NCBI GenBank assembly: GCA_903860135.1
Contig: CAIOPG010000004.1
Coordinates: 21,558-85,557, forward strand
DNA from: Candidatus Omnitrophota bacterium
GTDB taxonomy: Bacteria; Omnitrophota; Gorgyraeia; Zapsychrales; Fredricksoniimonadaceae
DNA length: 64,000 nucleotides
Direction: 5' to 3'
The position numbers and the translations under genes are program-made. A model generated the notes under the pieces. The model made no database searches. It was not told the origin of the DNA and saw nothing but the letters and a program-made list of their open reading frames with translations. Numbering within the stretch: position 1 is the first letter of the stretch; every line of letters starts with the position of its first letter. Positions 1-9,572 of this stretch are shown in pieces.

Positions 1-871
1 CGGTCAGCCACCAGCCATGAGCAAAGATCGTCGCTGGCAAAGGCAGATCAAGGGCGAACAACATGGTCGTCCAGTAAACGCAATGTGTCGTGAGGATATC
101 CTTGCCGATCAAATGCACCGACACCGGCCACCAGCGCCGGAACTTGGCCTCATCGGACAAATAACCGGGTGCCGTGATGTAATTGATCAGCGCATCAAAC
201 CAGACATAGGTGACATAATCGCGGTCAAAAGGGATCTCGATGCCCCAGTTGAGGCGTGATTTCGGGCGCGAGATGCACAGGTCACCTAAAGGCTGGCGTA
301 AAAATCCCAGCATCTCGTTCTTGCGGTGCTCCGGACGGATAAAGCCAGGATTCTCCTCGATGTAACGCACAAGGCGGTCCTGGTAAGCACTCATTTTAAA
401 GAACCAGTTCTTCTCCTGGATCTTCTTAACCTCGCGGAACTGCCCGGACTCCGCCTCTTTCTCGGTGATAAAACGCTCCTCCGCGACCGAATAGAGGCCT
501 TCATATTCCTTTTGATAAATATCACCCTTGGCATACACCGCCTCAAGGATCGCCTGAACCACTTTCACATGGCGCGGTTGTGTGGTGCGGATAAAGTCGT
601 CGTTGCTGATCCCCAGCCGCTCCCAAAGCCCCGAAAAACGCGGTGCCAGGTCATCGCAATGCGCCTGCGCGGTCAACCCCCTTTTTTCAGCGGCCTGTTG
701 AACTTTTTGCCCATGCTCATCAAGGCCTGTCAAAAAGAAAACATCATCGCCCATCGCGCGATGAAACCGTGCAAGCACATCCGCGAGGATGGTCGTATAG
801 GCATGGCCGATGTGCGGCGTGTCATTGACGTAATAGATCGGCGTTGTGATATAAAATTTATTTTTTGTCAT
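1..871 (-). CDS. metG: Methionyl-tRNA synthetase, N-terminal part (partial, runs off window start)
   Basis: Manual minus-strand translation from ATG at 871: MTKNKFYITTPIYYVNDTPHIGHAYTTILADVLARF...KDILTTHCVYW. Class I aaRS HIGH motif and MetRS-typical N-terminus. Open frame to position 1. Confidence 0.88.
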   Translation of the reverse strand, partial: MTKNKFYITTPIYYVNDTPHIGHAYTTILADVLARFHRAMGDDVFFLTGLDEHGQKVQQAAEKRGLTAQAHCDDLAPRFSGLWERLGISNDDFIRTTQPRHVKVVQAILEAVYAKGDIYQKEYEGLYSVAEERFITEKEAESGQFREVKKIQEKNWFFKMSAYQDRLVRYIEENPGFIRPEHRKNEMLGFLRQPLGDLCISRPKSRLNWGIEIPFDRDYVTYVWFDALINYITAPGYLSDEAKFRRWWPVSVHLIGKDILTTHCVYWTTMLFALDLPLPATIFAHGWWLT

Positions 872-1673
872 CTTTCACACTGTCGCTGGATGGAATGTTG
901 ATCTTCACGATCTTGCCATCGCCAATATCCACCTGGACAAGGCGTTTGAGGATATTAAGATTAATGACCTTGCCCTTACCTTCAGGCGTATCCATCTTGC
1001 CGCCCATCCTGGGCAGGCCTTTGTTGAGCTCCTTATAAACATGATACTCGTACGCCATGCAGCATTTGATGCGGCCGCACACACCCGATATCTTCGACGG
1101 GTTCAACGGCAGGGCCTGCTCCTTGGCCATCTTGATGGAGAGCTGGCTGAAATCCTTGATGAACGAGGCACAGCACAAGAACTGGCCGCAAACGCCATAT
1201 CCCTCAACCATCTTGGCTCGGTCGCGCACGCCGATCTGCTTGAGCTCGATGCGCGCCCGGAAAGTCTTGGCCAGGTCCTTTACAAGATCGCGAAAATCCA
1301 CCCGACCCTCGGCGGTGAAATAAAACATGGCCTTGGATCCGTCAAAAGCATACTCACATGTGAGCATATTCATATCCAGCTTCATCTCGGTGATCTTGCC
1401 GATGCACACATGCAGGGCGTCTTTGGCCTTGGTGCGGTTATGCTCGATCTGACGCATATCCGCCGCTGTCGCCTTGCGCAAGATACTCCCGGAAGCAAAG
1501 AACTTCTTGTCGGACTCGCATTTAGGAACCGAACGCGATGCCACCTGGGCCATCTCGGTGGAACGATCGATCTCCACAACCACATGATCCCCGCGCCGGC
1601 ATTCCACATCCCGGTCATCAACATACACCACCGGCCGGTATTCCCCCAGACGGACCTGGATCAGCTTACCCAT
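858..1673 (-). CDS. PSP1 C-terminal domain protein (YaaT/RicT-like)
   Basis: 271 aa ORF; Cys-rich PSP1-like sequence (CGQFLCC, CGRIKCC). Lies directly downstream of holB, as in B. subtilis holB-yaaT. Confidence 0.75.
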   Translation of the reverse strand: MGKLIQVRLGEYRPVVYVDDRDVECRRGDHVVVEIDRSTEMAQVASRSVPKCESDKKFFASGSILRKATAADMRQIEHNRTKAKDALHVCIGKITEMKLDMNMLTCEYAFDGSKAMFYFTAEGRVDFRDLVKDLAKTFRARIELKQIGVRDRAKMVEGYGVCGQFLCCASFIKDFSQLSIKMAKEQALPLNPSKISGVCGRIKCCMAYEYHVYKELNKGLPRMGGKMDTPEGKGKVINLNILKRLVQVDIGDGKIVKINIPSSDSVKDDKK

Positions 1674-1730
1674 AAAATTCTCCTGTCATGATCCGTTGCA
1701 GCCACTGGCCGCTGAACAACGGATATTGTA

Positions 1731-2678
1731 TCAAAGCATTTCCCGGACAACTGTTAAAACAACCTTGGTGTTCTGGTTCCCGTCAACACGCCGGATCGCA
1801 TCCACGGTACGGCTGATCTGGGCATCAATATCCTGCAACGTATGACGTTCCGCAAAGCGCCGTATTTCCACGAGCCGGTCACGGTTAACCACATAAGCAG
1901 AAGCCCCCGACTTGATCAGAAGCGCATCCCGACAGGCCATCAGGACAACGCCGAGCGCCTCACGCACGCTGTCGCGGTTAGTCCCAACTGTCTTGAGAAG
2001 ATCCTCTGAGCTTCCCGAACCGAAAAATATGTCCAACAGCATACGCCGGCGATCCATAAAACCCGTGCGTAAATCAAGCGCACGGCCGGGACTGCCCTGC
2101 CCGAACGCCGCAAGCGCAGCCGCGTCGTCGGAAGGCATATCATACTGGCTTTTGAGCAACTGCGCAAGCACCTCATGCGACAAAGCCGGGAAACGTACCG
2201 CCTGACAGCGTGAGCGGATCGTGGCCGGCAAAGCATCTGGCACAGCACTGGTCAATATAAAAAGCGTATCCGGCTGCGGCTCTTCCAATGTCTTAAGAAG
2301 GGCATTGGCCGCCACATCATTCATGAGGTCGACCTCTTTCACCAGCGCCACCTTCACGCGCGCTTCAAGGGCGCGAAAGCCTAGGCGTTCGGCCAGAAGG
2401 CGCACCTGGTCAATGGTAATAAAAGCCTTGTCCTTCAGCTTCTCAACGATAAAGATATCCGGGTGATTGCCAGCATCAATTTTATGGCAAGAAGCACATG
2501 TACATAATGCCATACCGCGATCCGCCTGCAGGCAATTGATCCGCCGGGCAACCGCCAGTGCGGTCGCATACTTGCCAATACCCCGAGGACCGGAAAAAAG
2601 ATACGCATGCGCCAGCCGCCCTGCCACATACCGGTCGGCAAGACGTGCCGCGATAATCTCCTGCGCCGGGACTGTCAT
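1731..2678 (-). CDS. holB: DNA polymerase III delta' subunit
   Basis: AAA+ clamp-loader N-terminus (HAYLFSGPRGIGK) and Zn-finger-like CxxC motifs; 315 aa. Confidence 0.85.
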   Translation of the reverse strand: MTVPAQEIIAARLADRYVAGRLAHAYLFSGPRGIGKYATALAVARRINCLQADRGMALCTCASCHKIDAGNHPDIFIVEKLKDKAFITIDQVRLLAERLGFRALEARVKVALVKEVDLMNDVAANALLKTLEEPQPDTLFILTSAVPDALPATIRSRCQAVRFPALSHEVLAQLLKSQYDMPSDDAAALAAFGQGSPGRALDLRTGFMDRRRMLLDIFFGSGSSEDLLKTVGTNRDSVREALGVVLMACRDALLIKSGASAYVVNRDRLVEIRRFAERHTLQDIDAQISRTVDAIRRVDGNQNTKVVLTVVREML

Positions 2679-3334
2679 AATATTTCATCCACCCTGGCGC
2701 AGATCGTGGCCGTGTTTTCTTCCCTGGGCCTGCGCCCGTCGATAACAACCACACGCTCCGGCTCAGCCCGGGCAATCTCATGATAACCGGCACGCACGCG
2801 TGCATGGTAGTCACGCGAACGCAATTCAATACGGTCACGTTCCGTCCCTCGGCGCTGCAGGCCTTCCTCGGCATCAAGATCAAGAAAGAATGTAAGGTCC
2901 GGCCGTATCCCCTTGGTCGCAAAAAAACCGACGGATTTAATGATATCAACGGAAACCCCACAGCCATAGCCCTGGTAGGCAAGGGTCGAATCCAGGAACC
3001 TGTCGCAGATAAGGATCGTCCCTTTGTTGAGCTCGGGGATGATCACCTCCTCGACCAGCTGGGCGCGCGCGGCCATATACAGCAGGGTTTCACATTCCTT
3101 GTTCATGGCCACGTTCTTTTTGTCGAGCAAAAGCGCCCGCACCTTTTCGCTGATCACAACACCGCCAGGCTCGCGGATCAAACGGACAGCGGCACCCTGC
3201 CCCGCCAGATGCGCAGACAAAAGTGCCGCATGGGTGCTCTTGCCGCAGCCTTCTGCGCCTTCGAATGTGATGAACTTTCCCCGTACGGCTGTCAACCCGC
3301 TACCCCCGCCGCCATATTTGTCCGGACTTGCCAT
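2675..3334 (-). CDS. tmk: Thymidylate kinase (start may instead be TTG at 3295)
   Basis: KFITFEGAEGCGKST P-loop, DRF motif and LID region. An ATG start at 3334 would overlap the cysS stop; a TTG at 3295 preceded by a G-rich SD is an alternative. Confidence 0.88.
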   Translation of the reverse strand: MASPDKYGGGGSGLTAVRGKFITFEGAEGCGKSTHAALLSAHLAGQGAAVRLIREPGGVVISEKVRALLLDKKNVAMNKECETLLYMAARAQLVEEVIIPELNKGTILICDRFLDSTLAYQGYGCGVSVDIIKSVGFFATKGIRPDLTFFLDLDAEEGLQRRGTERDRIELRSRDYHARVRAGYHEIARAEPERVVVIDGRRPREENTATICARVDEIL

Positions 3335-4697
3335 CTTCCACTATAATGCCGCGCGCCTTGAGGATATCGCGCAGTTCATCGGAACGCTTCCAGTTTTTGG
3401 CCTGACGCGCCTCGACCCGAGCGTTGATGACCAATTCATCGTCGGGGGAAAGCCCTGCCACCGGCACCTTTAAATCCATGCCGCAGATGCCTTCAAGGAC
3501 TTCACGCAAGAATGTTGCTGCCAGATGCGCACTGCCCTCAAAATAATCATCCATCCTCCCGGCATCGAGGAAGCGGTTGGCCGCGGTCACCAGATCAAAG
3601 ATATGCCCCACCGCCAGTGCCGTGTTCAGGTCGGCATCGAGGGCCGCCAATATCTTTTCCTTGGCATCAACAACAAAGTCAACTTCATCCATGCGCACCG
3701 GCAACTTCGGCGCGGGCACAGCATCCAGCTTGGTCAGGATATTCCTGAAACGCACAACCCCTTTTTCCATATCCGCAAGTTTCTCGGGCGTATAATCAAT
3801 GGAACTGGCATAATGCGTTGATAAAAAGAACAGTTTGAGCGCATTGACGGAATGCTTGGCCAGGGCGTCATGCACCGTGATAAAATTGCCGAGCGACTTC
3901 GACATCTTCTGGCCATTGATCGTCAATAATCCGTGATGCACCCACACCTGCGCGAACTTCTTGCCGGTCAGTGCCTCGGCCTGGGCGATCTCGTTCTCAT
4001 GGTGCGGAAAAATAAGGTCGCGTCCGCCGGCATGAATATCCAGCGTTTCGGTCCCCAGATGCTTGATGCTCATGCACGAACATTCGATGTGCCACCCCGG
4101 GCGACCTTCGCCCCAGGGGCTCGGCCACGACGGCTCGCCGGGCTTGGCCTTCTTCCACAAAGCAAAATCAAGAGGGTCTTCCTTCTTCTCGTCAATCTCC
4201 AGGCGCACGCCTTCGAGCATTTTATCAATGCTCTGGCCCGAAAGGGCCCCGTAAGCCGGGAAAGACCGCACGCGAAAATAAACATCGCCGGCCACAGCAT
4301 AGGCATGGCCCTTGCCGATAAGCCCTTGAACATGCGCAACCATGAGCGGGATATTTTCAGTGGCACGCGGCTCAATATCCGCCGGGCTGACCCCCAGGGA
4401 TGCCATATCCCTGTAATACAGGGCGATATTATCGCGAACGACCTCATCAAACGTTTTCCCCAACTCGCGCGCCCGGGCAATGATCTTGTCATCAACATCC
4501 GTGATATTGCGGACAAACTTCACATCATGGCCACGGTAACGCAAATACTTGACCAGCAAATCAAACGTATACAACGAACGCGCGTGGCCGATATGGCACT
4601 GGTCATAAACCGTCACACCGCAGGAATACATGTTGATGCGCTCCGGCGGCAGTGCCAGTGCCTCACGTTTTCTGGTGAATGAATTATAAAGTTCCAT
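3300..4697 (-). CDS. cysS: Cysteinyl-tRNA synthetase
   Basis: HIGH (CHIGHARS) and KMSKS (KMSKSLGN) motifs; Zn-binding Cys residues. Start set at MELYNSF (ORF-track upstream Met at 4721 would overlap cysE). Confidence 0.93.
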   Translation of the reverse strand: MELYNSFTRKREALALPPERINMYSCGVTVYDQCHIGHARSLYTFDLLVKYLRYRGHDVKFVRNITDVDDKIIARARELGKTFDEVVRDNIALYYRDMASLGVSPADIEPRATENIPLMVAHVQGLIGKGHAYAVAGDVYFRVRSFPAYGALSGQSIDKMLEGVRLEIDEKKEDPLDFALWKKAKPGEPSWPSPWGEGRPGWHIECSCMSIKHLGTETLDIHAGGRDLIFPHHENEIAQAEALTGKKFAQVWVHHGLLTINGQKMSKSLGNFITVHDALAKHSVNALKLFFLSTHYASSIDYTPEKLADMEKGVVRFRNILTKLDAVPAPKLPVRMDEVDFVVDAKEKILAALDADLNTALAVGHIFDLVTAANRFLDAGRMDDYFEGSAHLAATFLREVLEGICGMDLKVPVAGLSPDDELVINARVEARQAKNWKRSDELRDILKARGIIVEDGKSGQIWRRG

Positions 4698-5376
4698 CAG
4701 GCCCCCGTTGTTGCTGCGCACGCCCTTCGAGCACTTCCAGCCGGCGCATGATCGCCTCTAAGTCCTGGGTGACCGGATCAAGGATCTGGGCATGCGCCAG
4801 TTTATGATCGATCTTGGCGCCGTCTTGTTTGGTGACATGGCCCGGGACACCGACCACCGTGGCATTGGCCGGCACGCTCCTTAAAACCACCGCATTGGCG
4901 CCGATGTAGGAATTACTGCCTATTTCAATGTTCCCGAGGATCTTCGCCCCGGCACCGACAACAATATGATCACCAAGCGTGGGATGCCGCTTGCCTGTTT
5001 CCTTGCCCGTCCCCCCGAGCGTGACCCCCTGGTACAACAGCACATCATCGCCAACGATCGCCGTCTCGCCGATCACAACCCCCATGCCGTGGTCAATGAA
5101 AAGCCCTTTACCAATCGTTGCCCCCGGATGGATCTCGATGCCCGTCAGAAACCGCGCCAGCTGCGATATCGCGCGCGGGACTATCGGCACCTTCCAGCTC
5201 CAGAGCTTATGCGCGATACGGTACATAACAACCGCATGCAGACCCGCATAAAGGAACAGCACCTCGATCGTATTGGTCGCCGCCGGATCCCGCTCCTGCA
5301 CGCCCTTGACATCTTTATAAAAAAAGACAAGCATCACAAGCCAGAAAGCAAGTATGCCATAACATAAGATCATCAT
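4684..5376 (-). CDS. cysE: Serine O-acetyltransferase
   Basis: SAT N-terminal helix domain (ERDPAA...LHAV..YRIAH.LW) followed by hexapeptide-repeat LbH domain. Confidence 0.88.
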   Translation of the reverse strand: MMILCYGILAFWLVMLVFFYKDVKGVQERDPAATNTIEVLFLYAGLHAVVMYRIAHKLWSWKVPIVPRAISQLARFLTGIEIHPGATIGKGLFIDHGMGVVIGETAIVGDDVLLYQGVTLGGTGKETGKRHPTLGDHIVVGAGAKILGNIEIGSNSYIGANAVVLRSVPANATVVGVPGHVTKQDGAKIDHKLAHAQILDPVTQDLEAIMRRLEVLEGRAQQQRGPDGTL

Positions 5377-5420
5377 AACGACTCCTCCCGCTCACGCCGG
5401 TTCTGTCAAAAATTATAACT

Positions 5421-5498
5421 TCCAACTCACAAAACTCATTTATTTAAATAACTAGCTCAACTTGAGACTCCCTCCCACGCTGATGCGGGGAGGGGAAT
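5421..5498. repeat. Direct repeat copy 1 flanking the DUF1963 islet; contains an imperfect hairpin (tccctccc-acgctgatgcg-gggaggg)
   Basis: tccaactcacaaaactcatttatttaaataactagctcaacttgagactccctcccacgctgatgcggggaggggaat recurs at 6737-6893 with an internal ~65 bp expansion. Confidence 0.7.
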
Positions 5499-5806
5499 TC
5501 AGAAATAATAGTGTCAGACACCATTGTTTACTAAAAAATCATCAAACCCCGCCGATAACGATCACTTCAAGTCTTCGCAAACAACATCAATATTCTTTGC
5601 AAGACAAGCTTCATATTCTTGCTTTCTTGACTCAATATATTCCGGGGCGCTCAACACTTTGGAAAGCCTCATAATTTCACTCGCTCTTTCCAATTTGTTG
5701 TTGCGTCAAGAAATTCTAAAGTTCTGAAAATAATAATGCCAGACACCATTATTCTTTTCGAAACCCGATCAACAATTATCCAAAATCCGCATACTCTCCA
5801 TCAACC

Positions 5807-6691
5807 TCAACAACAATCCATCGTCGCACGGACATCACTGAAGTCGCCGTTCTTCAAAGCCTCTTTCCTAATCAGCAAATAACTCCGACCCGAATCACCC
5901 CATACCGTTCCTGCTGTTTCATCTGAATCAAGCTGGAACAAAAGTATCCATTCAGTCAAAACCTTTGTCTCTTCCTGTGTAAACTTTACTTTTTCGCGCT
6001 GACCAGGAAAAGCCACTTCCCATTCCTTGGAACTACTTTGCATTGGCTGAATATGTCCCAATAAATGATGGTCGGCATCGTTATCCCTAGGCTTCGTAAT
6101 TTTGTCCAGTGCCTCTATAAAATCCTCAGGATAAAAATCATCGTCAACACCTGCCTGTCCTTTAAATTGTTCCTTTAAAATATCGATGTAAATAGAAGCA
6201 CTGTCAGGCAATGAATACTCTCTTTTAAATTCTACCTGACATTCCTCTTGAATGTATTGAGGCGAATTAAAAGAAAAAATCTTCTGAAAGAACGACTTCT
6301 CTTTTGGACGAAATGATTCAGGCAGTTCACTTAGGACAAGCTTGTCTGTAGGTAGATCCGAATATATAACCTTGCCCAAGTTTGAATCATCTACAAAAAA
6401 ATACAACATCCCGGCCTTCGGCAAAGATGCTTCTTCATCATATAAAGCCACGTCTGCTAAATTAAATTGTGCGACAAAACGGTAATCCTGTTGGTCTGTT
6501 TGCGAACATGGCCATTCCATTCCGGCAGGTAAATGGGGCACCCCCCCGAACTTTGAACTCCCCATGGGAATCGAACTATCAAAACGCTTCCCCGTCATGA
6601 CCCTAATCGTTGGCCTAATGAGCGCCTTAAGACCTTCCCGATAAATTAATGGAACTTCTTTATCAATCAAAGCGATAATTTTATCTTTCAT
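5807..6691 (-). CDS. DUF1963 (YwqG-like) family protein of unknown function, on an AT-rich islet
   Basis: 294 aa. Motifs SKFGGVPHLPAGMEWP, LLFQLDSDETAGTVWGDSGRSYLLI are characteristic of DUF1963/YwqG. Gene GC ~42% against ~57% in the flanks. Confidence 0.6.
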   Translation of the reverse strand: MKDKIIALIDKEVPLIYREGLKALIRPTIRVMTGKRFDSSIPMGSSKFGGVPHLPAGMEWPCSQTDQQDYRFVAQFNLADVALYDEEASLPKAGMLYFFVDDSNLGKVIYSDLPTDKLVLSELPESFRPKEKSFFQKIFSFNSPQYIQEECQVEFKREYSLPDSASIYIDILKEQFKGQAGVDDDFYPEDFIEALDKITKPRDNDADHHLLGHIQPMQSSSKEWEVAFPGQREKVKFTQEETKVLTEWILLFQLDSDETAGTVWGDSGRSYLLIRKEALKNGDFSDVRATMDCC

Positions 6692-6736
6692 GCTATCCCC
6701 CTGATTTAGGTTCGGGTTCTATCAAAAGTTCCAGCT

Positions 6737-6893
6737 TCCAACTCGCGAAACACTTGTATCTAAATAGCCTGCTCAACTTGAGACTCCCTCCCCCGCGCCT
6801 TTTGCGTGGGGAGCGGGTCGGGGTGGAGGAATTAAGCCTTGCGTCAATCTGCGCAACTTAACGCCCCTCCAACGCTGATGCGGGGAGGGGAAT
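6737..6893. repeat. Direct repeat copy 2 (composite/expanded) flanking the DUF1963 islet
   Basis: tccaactcgcgaaacacttgtatctaaatagcctgctcaacttgagactccctccc...acgctgatgcggggaggggaat. Same 5' and 3' ends as copy 1, with a degenerate internal duplication of the GC-rich hairpin half. Confidence 0.7.
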
Positions 6894-6912
6894 ATCAAAC
6901 TATGCAAAAACA

Positions 6913-6975
6913 GGTATCCCGTACGCATTCCCACTCATTTTATAACCAAAGAAAATAAAGACTCGTACGGGATAT
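6913..6975 (-). terminator. Putative ispF terminator (11-bp stem tatcccgtacg/cgtacgggata with long loop, then T-run on minus strand)
   Basis: Inverted repeat immediately 3' of the ispF stop, followed on the minus strand by tgtttttg. Confidence 0.4.
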
Positions 6976-6993
6976 CTACTTTACTCACACCCA

Positions 6994-7500
6994 CTACCCC
7001 TTGCGCAGGGATGCCGTGGCATACGCGGCCATGCCTTGTTTGGCACCGATGAACCCCAGACCTTCGTTCGTCGTGGCTTTGATGTTCACGTGCTTGTCGT
7101 CCATGCCGAGGGCTTGGGCGATATTGGCGCGCATGGCGGTTTTATACGGCTTGATCTTCGGCTCCTCGGCGAGTAAGACAACGTCCACGTTCACCACGGT
7201 GAACCCGGCCTTGGCGGCTATCTGCCCGACCCGCCCCAAAAGAAGAAGGCTCGATGCCCCTTTGTATTTCCGGCTGGTATTGGGAAAATGCTCACCGATA
7301 TCACCCTCACCGGCGGCGCCGAGGATCGCATCCATGATCGCATGGATGAGCACATCCGCATCGGAATGGCCCTTCAAGCCTTTTGCATACGGGATAACAA
7401 CCCCGCCGAGAACCAGCTCGCGCCCGTCGACCAAGGGATGCACATCATAACCAATGCCGGCGTGATATTCCGGCGAGCGATACCATGTGGGCAATGACAT
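6994..7500 (-). CDS. ispF: 2-C-methyl-D-erythritol 2,4-cyclodiphosphate synthase
   Basis: GIGYDVH...GHSDADVLIHAIMDAILGA motifs. Confidence 0.9.
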   Translation of the reverse strand: MSLPTWYRSPEYHAGIGYDVHPLVDGRELVLGGVVIPYAKGLKGHSDADVLIHAIMDAILGAAGEGDIGEHFPNTSRKYKGASSLLLLGRVGQIAAKAGFTVVNVDVVLLAEEPKIKPYKTAMRANIAQALGMDDKHVNIKATTNEGLGFIGAKQGMAAYATASLRKG

Positions 7501-7509
7501 AAAGTCTCC

Positions 7510-8202
7510 TTACAGTTTAAGAAACGCCTCGGCCACACAAATATCTTCAGGCGTTGTTATCTTTATATTCATCACATGACCCGGGAAAATCACAACCGCC
7601 ACCCCGAGCCGCTCAACCAGCGCCGCATCATCAGTGGCCCCGTCACGGTCTTGGCGATAGGCGCGTTCCAGGAGCCCGCGTTCAAAAACCTGCGGCGTCT
7701 GGATCTCGCGCAACAGGCTACGGTCGAGTGTCGCGCAAACCCTTTGGCCTTTAGGATCAACGACCTTGATCGTTGGCTTCACCGGGACCGCCGCAACGGC
7801 CGCGCCCGTCTCTTGCACGGCCAGAAGCCCTGCCGCGATCATCGCCTCCGTTACCAAGGGCCGCACCCCGTCATGGATGATCAGCACAGTGGCCTTCGCC
7901 GCGCCGGGATCAAAGGCAGCCACCGCTTCAAGGCCGTTACGCACCGACTGTGTGCGGGTGGCGCCACCCTCGACAACCACCCGGACCTTGGAAAAACTCC
8001 CCGCCCGGACAACCTCCTGATAATCCTTTGTCCAACCCGCAGGCACGATCAGGACCACCCCCGCAATCAAATCACTCCGCTGAAAAACCTCGAGCGTGCG
8101 CGCCATGACCGTCTTGCCGCCGCACAAGACCAACGGTTTGGGCAAAGGCCCGCCGAAACGCTCTCCCGTCCCCGCCGTTGGTATAAGAGCCCAGACGCTC
8201 AT
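7510..8202 (-). CDS. ispD: 2-C-methyl-D-erythritol 4-phosphate cytidylyltransferase
   Basis: N-terminal ALIPTAGTGERFG nucleotidyltransferase motif; adjacent to ispF. Confidence 0.88.
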   Translation of the reverse strand: MSVWALIPTAGTGERFGGPLPKPLVLCGGKTVMARTLEVFQRSDLIAGVVLIVPAGWTKDYQEVVRAGSFSKVRVVVEGGATRTQSVRNGLEAVAAFDPGAAKATVLIIHDGVRPLVTEAMIAAGLLAVQETGAAVAAVPVKPTIKVVDPKGQRVCATLDRSLLREIQTPQVFERGLLERAYRQDRDGATDDAALVERLGVAVVIFPGHVMNIKITTPEDICVAEAFLKL

Positions 8203-9572
8203 GACCTCACCGCATCGAGGGCTTCGCGCAAACTCCCGACAGGCACGAGCACCATGGACTTAAGGGCAATGTCGCGCCCGGGTTTCAAATTATTCTTGGG
8301 CACCAGACAGCGCTTGAACCCGAGCTTTTCCGCTTCATTCAGGCGCGGAACCAGGTGTGCCACACTCCGCACCTCCGCCGAAAGCCCGACCTCACCGAGC
8401 ACCGCCGTGTCCGCCGGTACCGGTTTGTCCAGGAACGATGACGCCAGCGCCAGGGCCACCGCCAGGTCCGCCGCCGGATCCTCGACATTAACGCCGCCGA
8501 CGACATTCAGGAATATATCCTGATCCTCCAAGCGAATGCCCGCGCGTTTTTCCAGGACCGCCACCAGCAGGGCCAGGCGATTGGCATCAAAGCCCTGCGC
8601 CTTCTGCCGCACCATACCGAAAGCCGAACGCGCCGCAAGCCCCTGCACCTCGACCAGAAACGGCCGGGTCCCCTCGAGGATCGGCACAACCACCGACCCC
8701 GAAGCCCCGCGTGAACGCTCCGATAGAAATATCTCCGACGGATTGGTGACTTCGGCCAAGCCGCTCGACGTCATCTCGAAGACCCCCAGCTCATTGGTCG
8801 ATCCAAAACGATTCTTCACGGCGCGCAGAACACGGTACGCCGAATAACGCTCACCCTCAAAATGCAGCACCGTATCCACCACATGCTCGAGCACGCGCGG
8901 CCCGGCGATCGACCCATCCTTGGTCACATGGCCGATAAGGAACATCGCAATCCCCCGCGACTTGGCCAGCTGGGTCAGGATCGATGCGCACTCACGGACC
9001 TGGGTCACACTGCCCGGCGCCGAACCAAGGCCGGACTGATAAATAACCTGGACAGAATCAATCACAACAACCTGCGGCGCAACCACGCCCACCTGTTCGA
9101 TCACCAGATTCAAGTCGGTCTGGTTAACAATGAACAAGGAATCCGAAGGCGCCTTGAGGATGCGGTCGGCGCGCATTTTCGTCTGGGCCGCCGATTCCTC
9201 CCCTGAAACATAAAGAACCTTCAATCCCCGGGCACTCAAAAGGCATGCCGCCTGCAGGGCAATGGTCGATTTACCGATCCCCGGGTCGCCGGCAATAAGC
9301 GTTACAGACCCCACCACGATCCCGCCCCCCAGCACACGGTCAAACTCGGCCATGCCTGTCTGGTAGCGCGCCTCGGAAGCCCCGGTCACATCTTTTAACA
9401 GCATGGCCACACCCGAAGGAGCCACCAGGCTCCGGGGAGACTCCTCCGCCGGACGCGCCGCGACACGCTCTTCCGCAAAAGTATTCCAGCCCTGGCACCC
9501 CGGGCATTTCCCAAGCCAGCGGGTCGACTCATGCCCACAGGCCTGGCAGAGAAAAAGTGTCTTTAATTTCAT
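8199..9572 (-). CDS. radA: DNA repair protein RadA/Sms
   Basis: N-terminal C4 Zn finger (CQACGHESTRWLGKCPGCQGWNT), RecA-like Walker A GDPGIGKST, KNRFG motif, Lon-like C-terminal domain. Start at MKLKTLF gives an ATGA overlap with the mlaD stop. Confidence 0.9.
   Translation of the reverse strand: MKLKTLFLCQACGHESTRWLGKCPGCQGWNTFAEERVAARPAEESPRSLVAPSGVAMLLKDVTGASEARYQTGMAEFDRVLGGGIVVGSVTLIAGDPGIGKSTIALQAACLLSARGLKVLYVSGEESAAQTKMRADRILKAPSDSLFIVNQTDLNLVIEQVGVVAPQVVVIDSVQVIYQSGLGSAPGSVTQVRECASILTQLAKSRGIAMFLIGHVTKDGSIAGPRVLEHVVDTVLHFEGERYSAYRVLRAVKNRFGSTNELGVFEMTSSGLAEVTNPSEIFLSERSRGASGSVVVPILEGTRPFLVEVQGLAARSAFGMVRQKAQGFDANRLALLVAVLEKRAGIRLEDQDIFLNVVGGVNVEDPAADLAVALALASSFLDKPVPADTAVLGEVGLSAEVRSVAHLVPRLNEAEKLGFKRCLVPKNNLKPGRDIALKSMVLVPVGSLREALDAVRS

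Noticed and set aside
2467-3473. Multiple 90-190-aa ORFs on both strands overlapping holB/tmk/cysS
   Set aside because: All are alternate-frame or antisense to genes with strong catalytic motifs. Compositionally biased (Arg/Pro/Cys-rich).
5462-5727. Two short plus-strand ORFs (70 and 67 aa) in the cysE upstream region
   Set aside because: Overlap the repeat elements and have no RBS or family features. The minus-strand 36-aa micro-ORF flanked by motif copies is a slightly better candidate (reported as a finding, low confidence).
7576-8523. 315-aa plus-strand ORF spanning ispD/radA
   Set aside because: Antisense to two well-supported genes. Pro/Arg-rich low-complexity translation with no recognisable domain.
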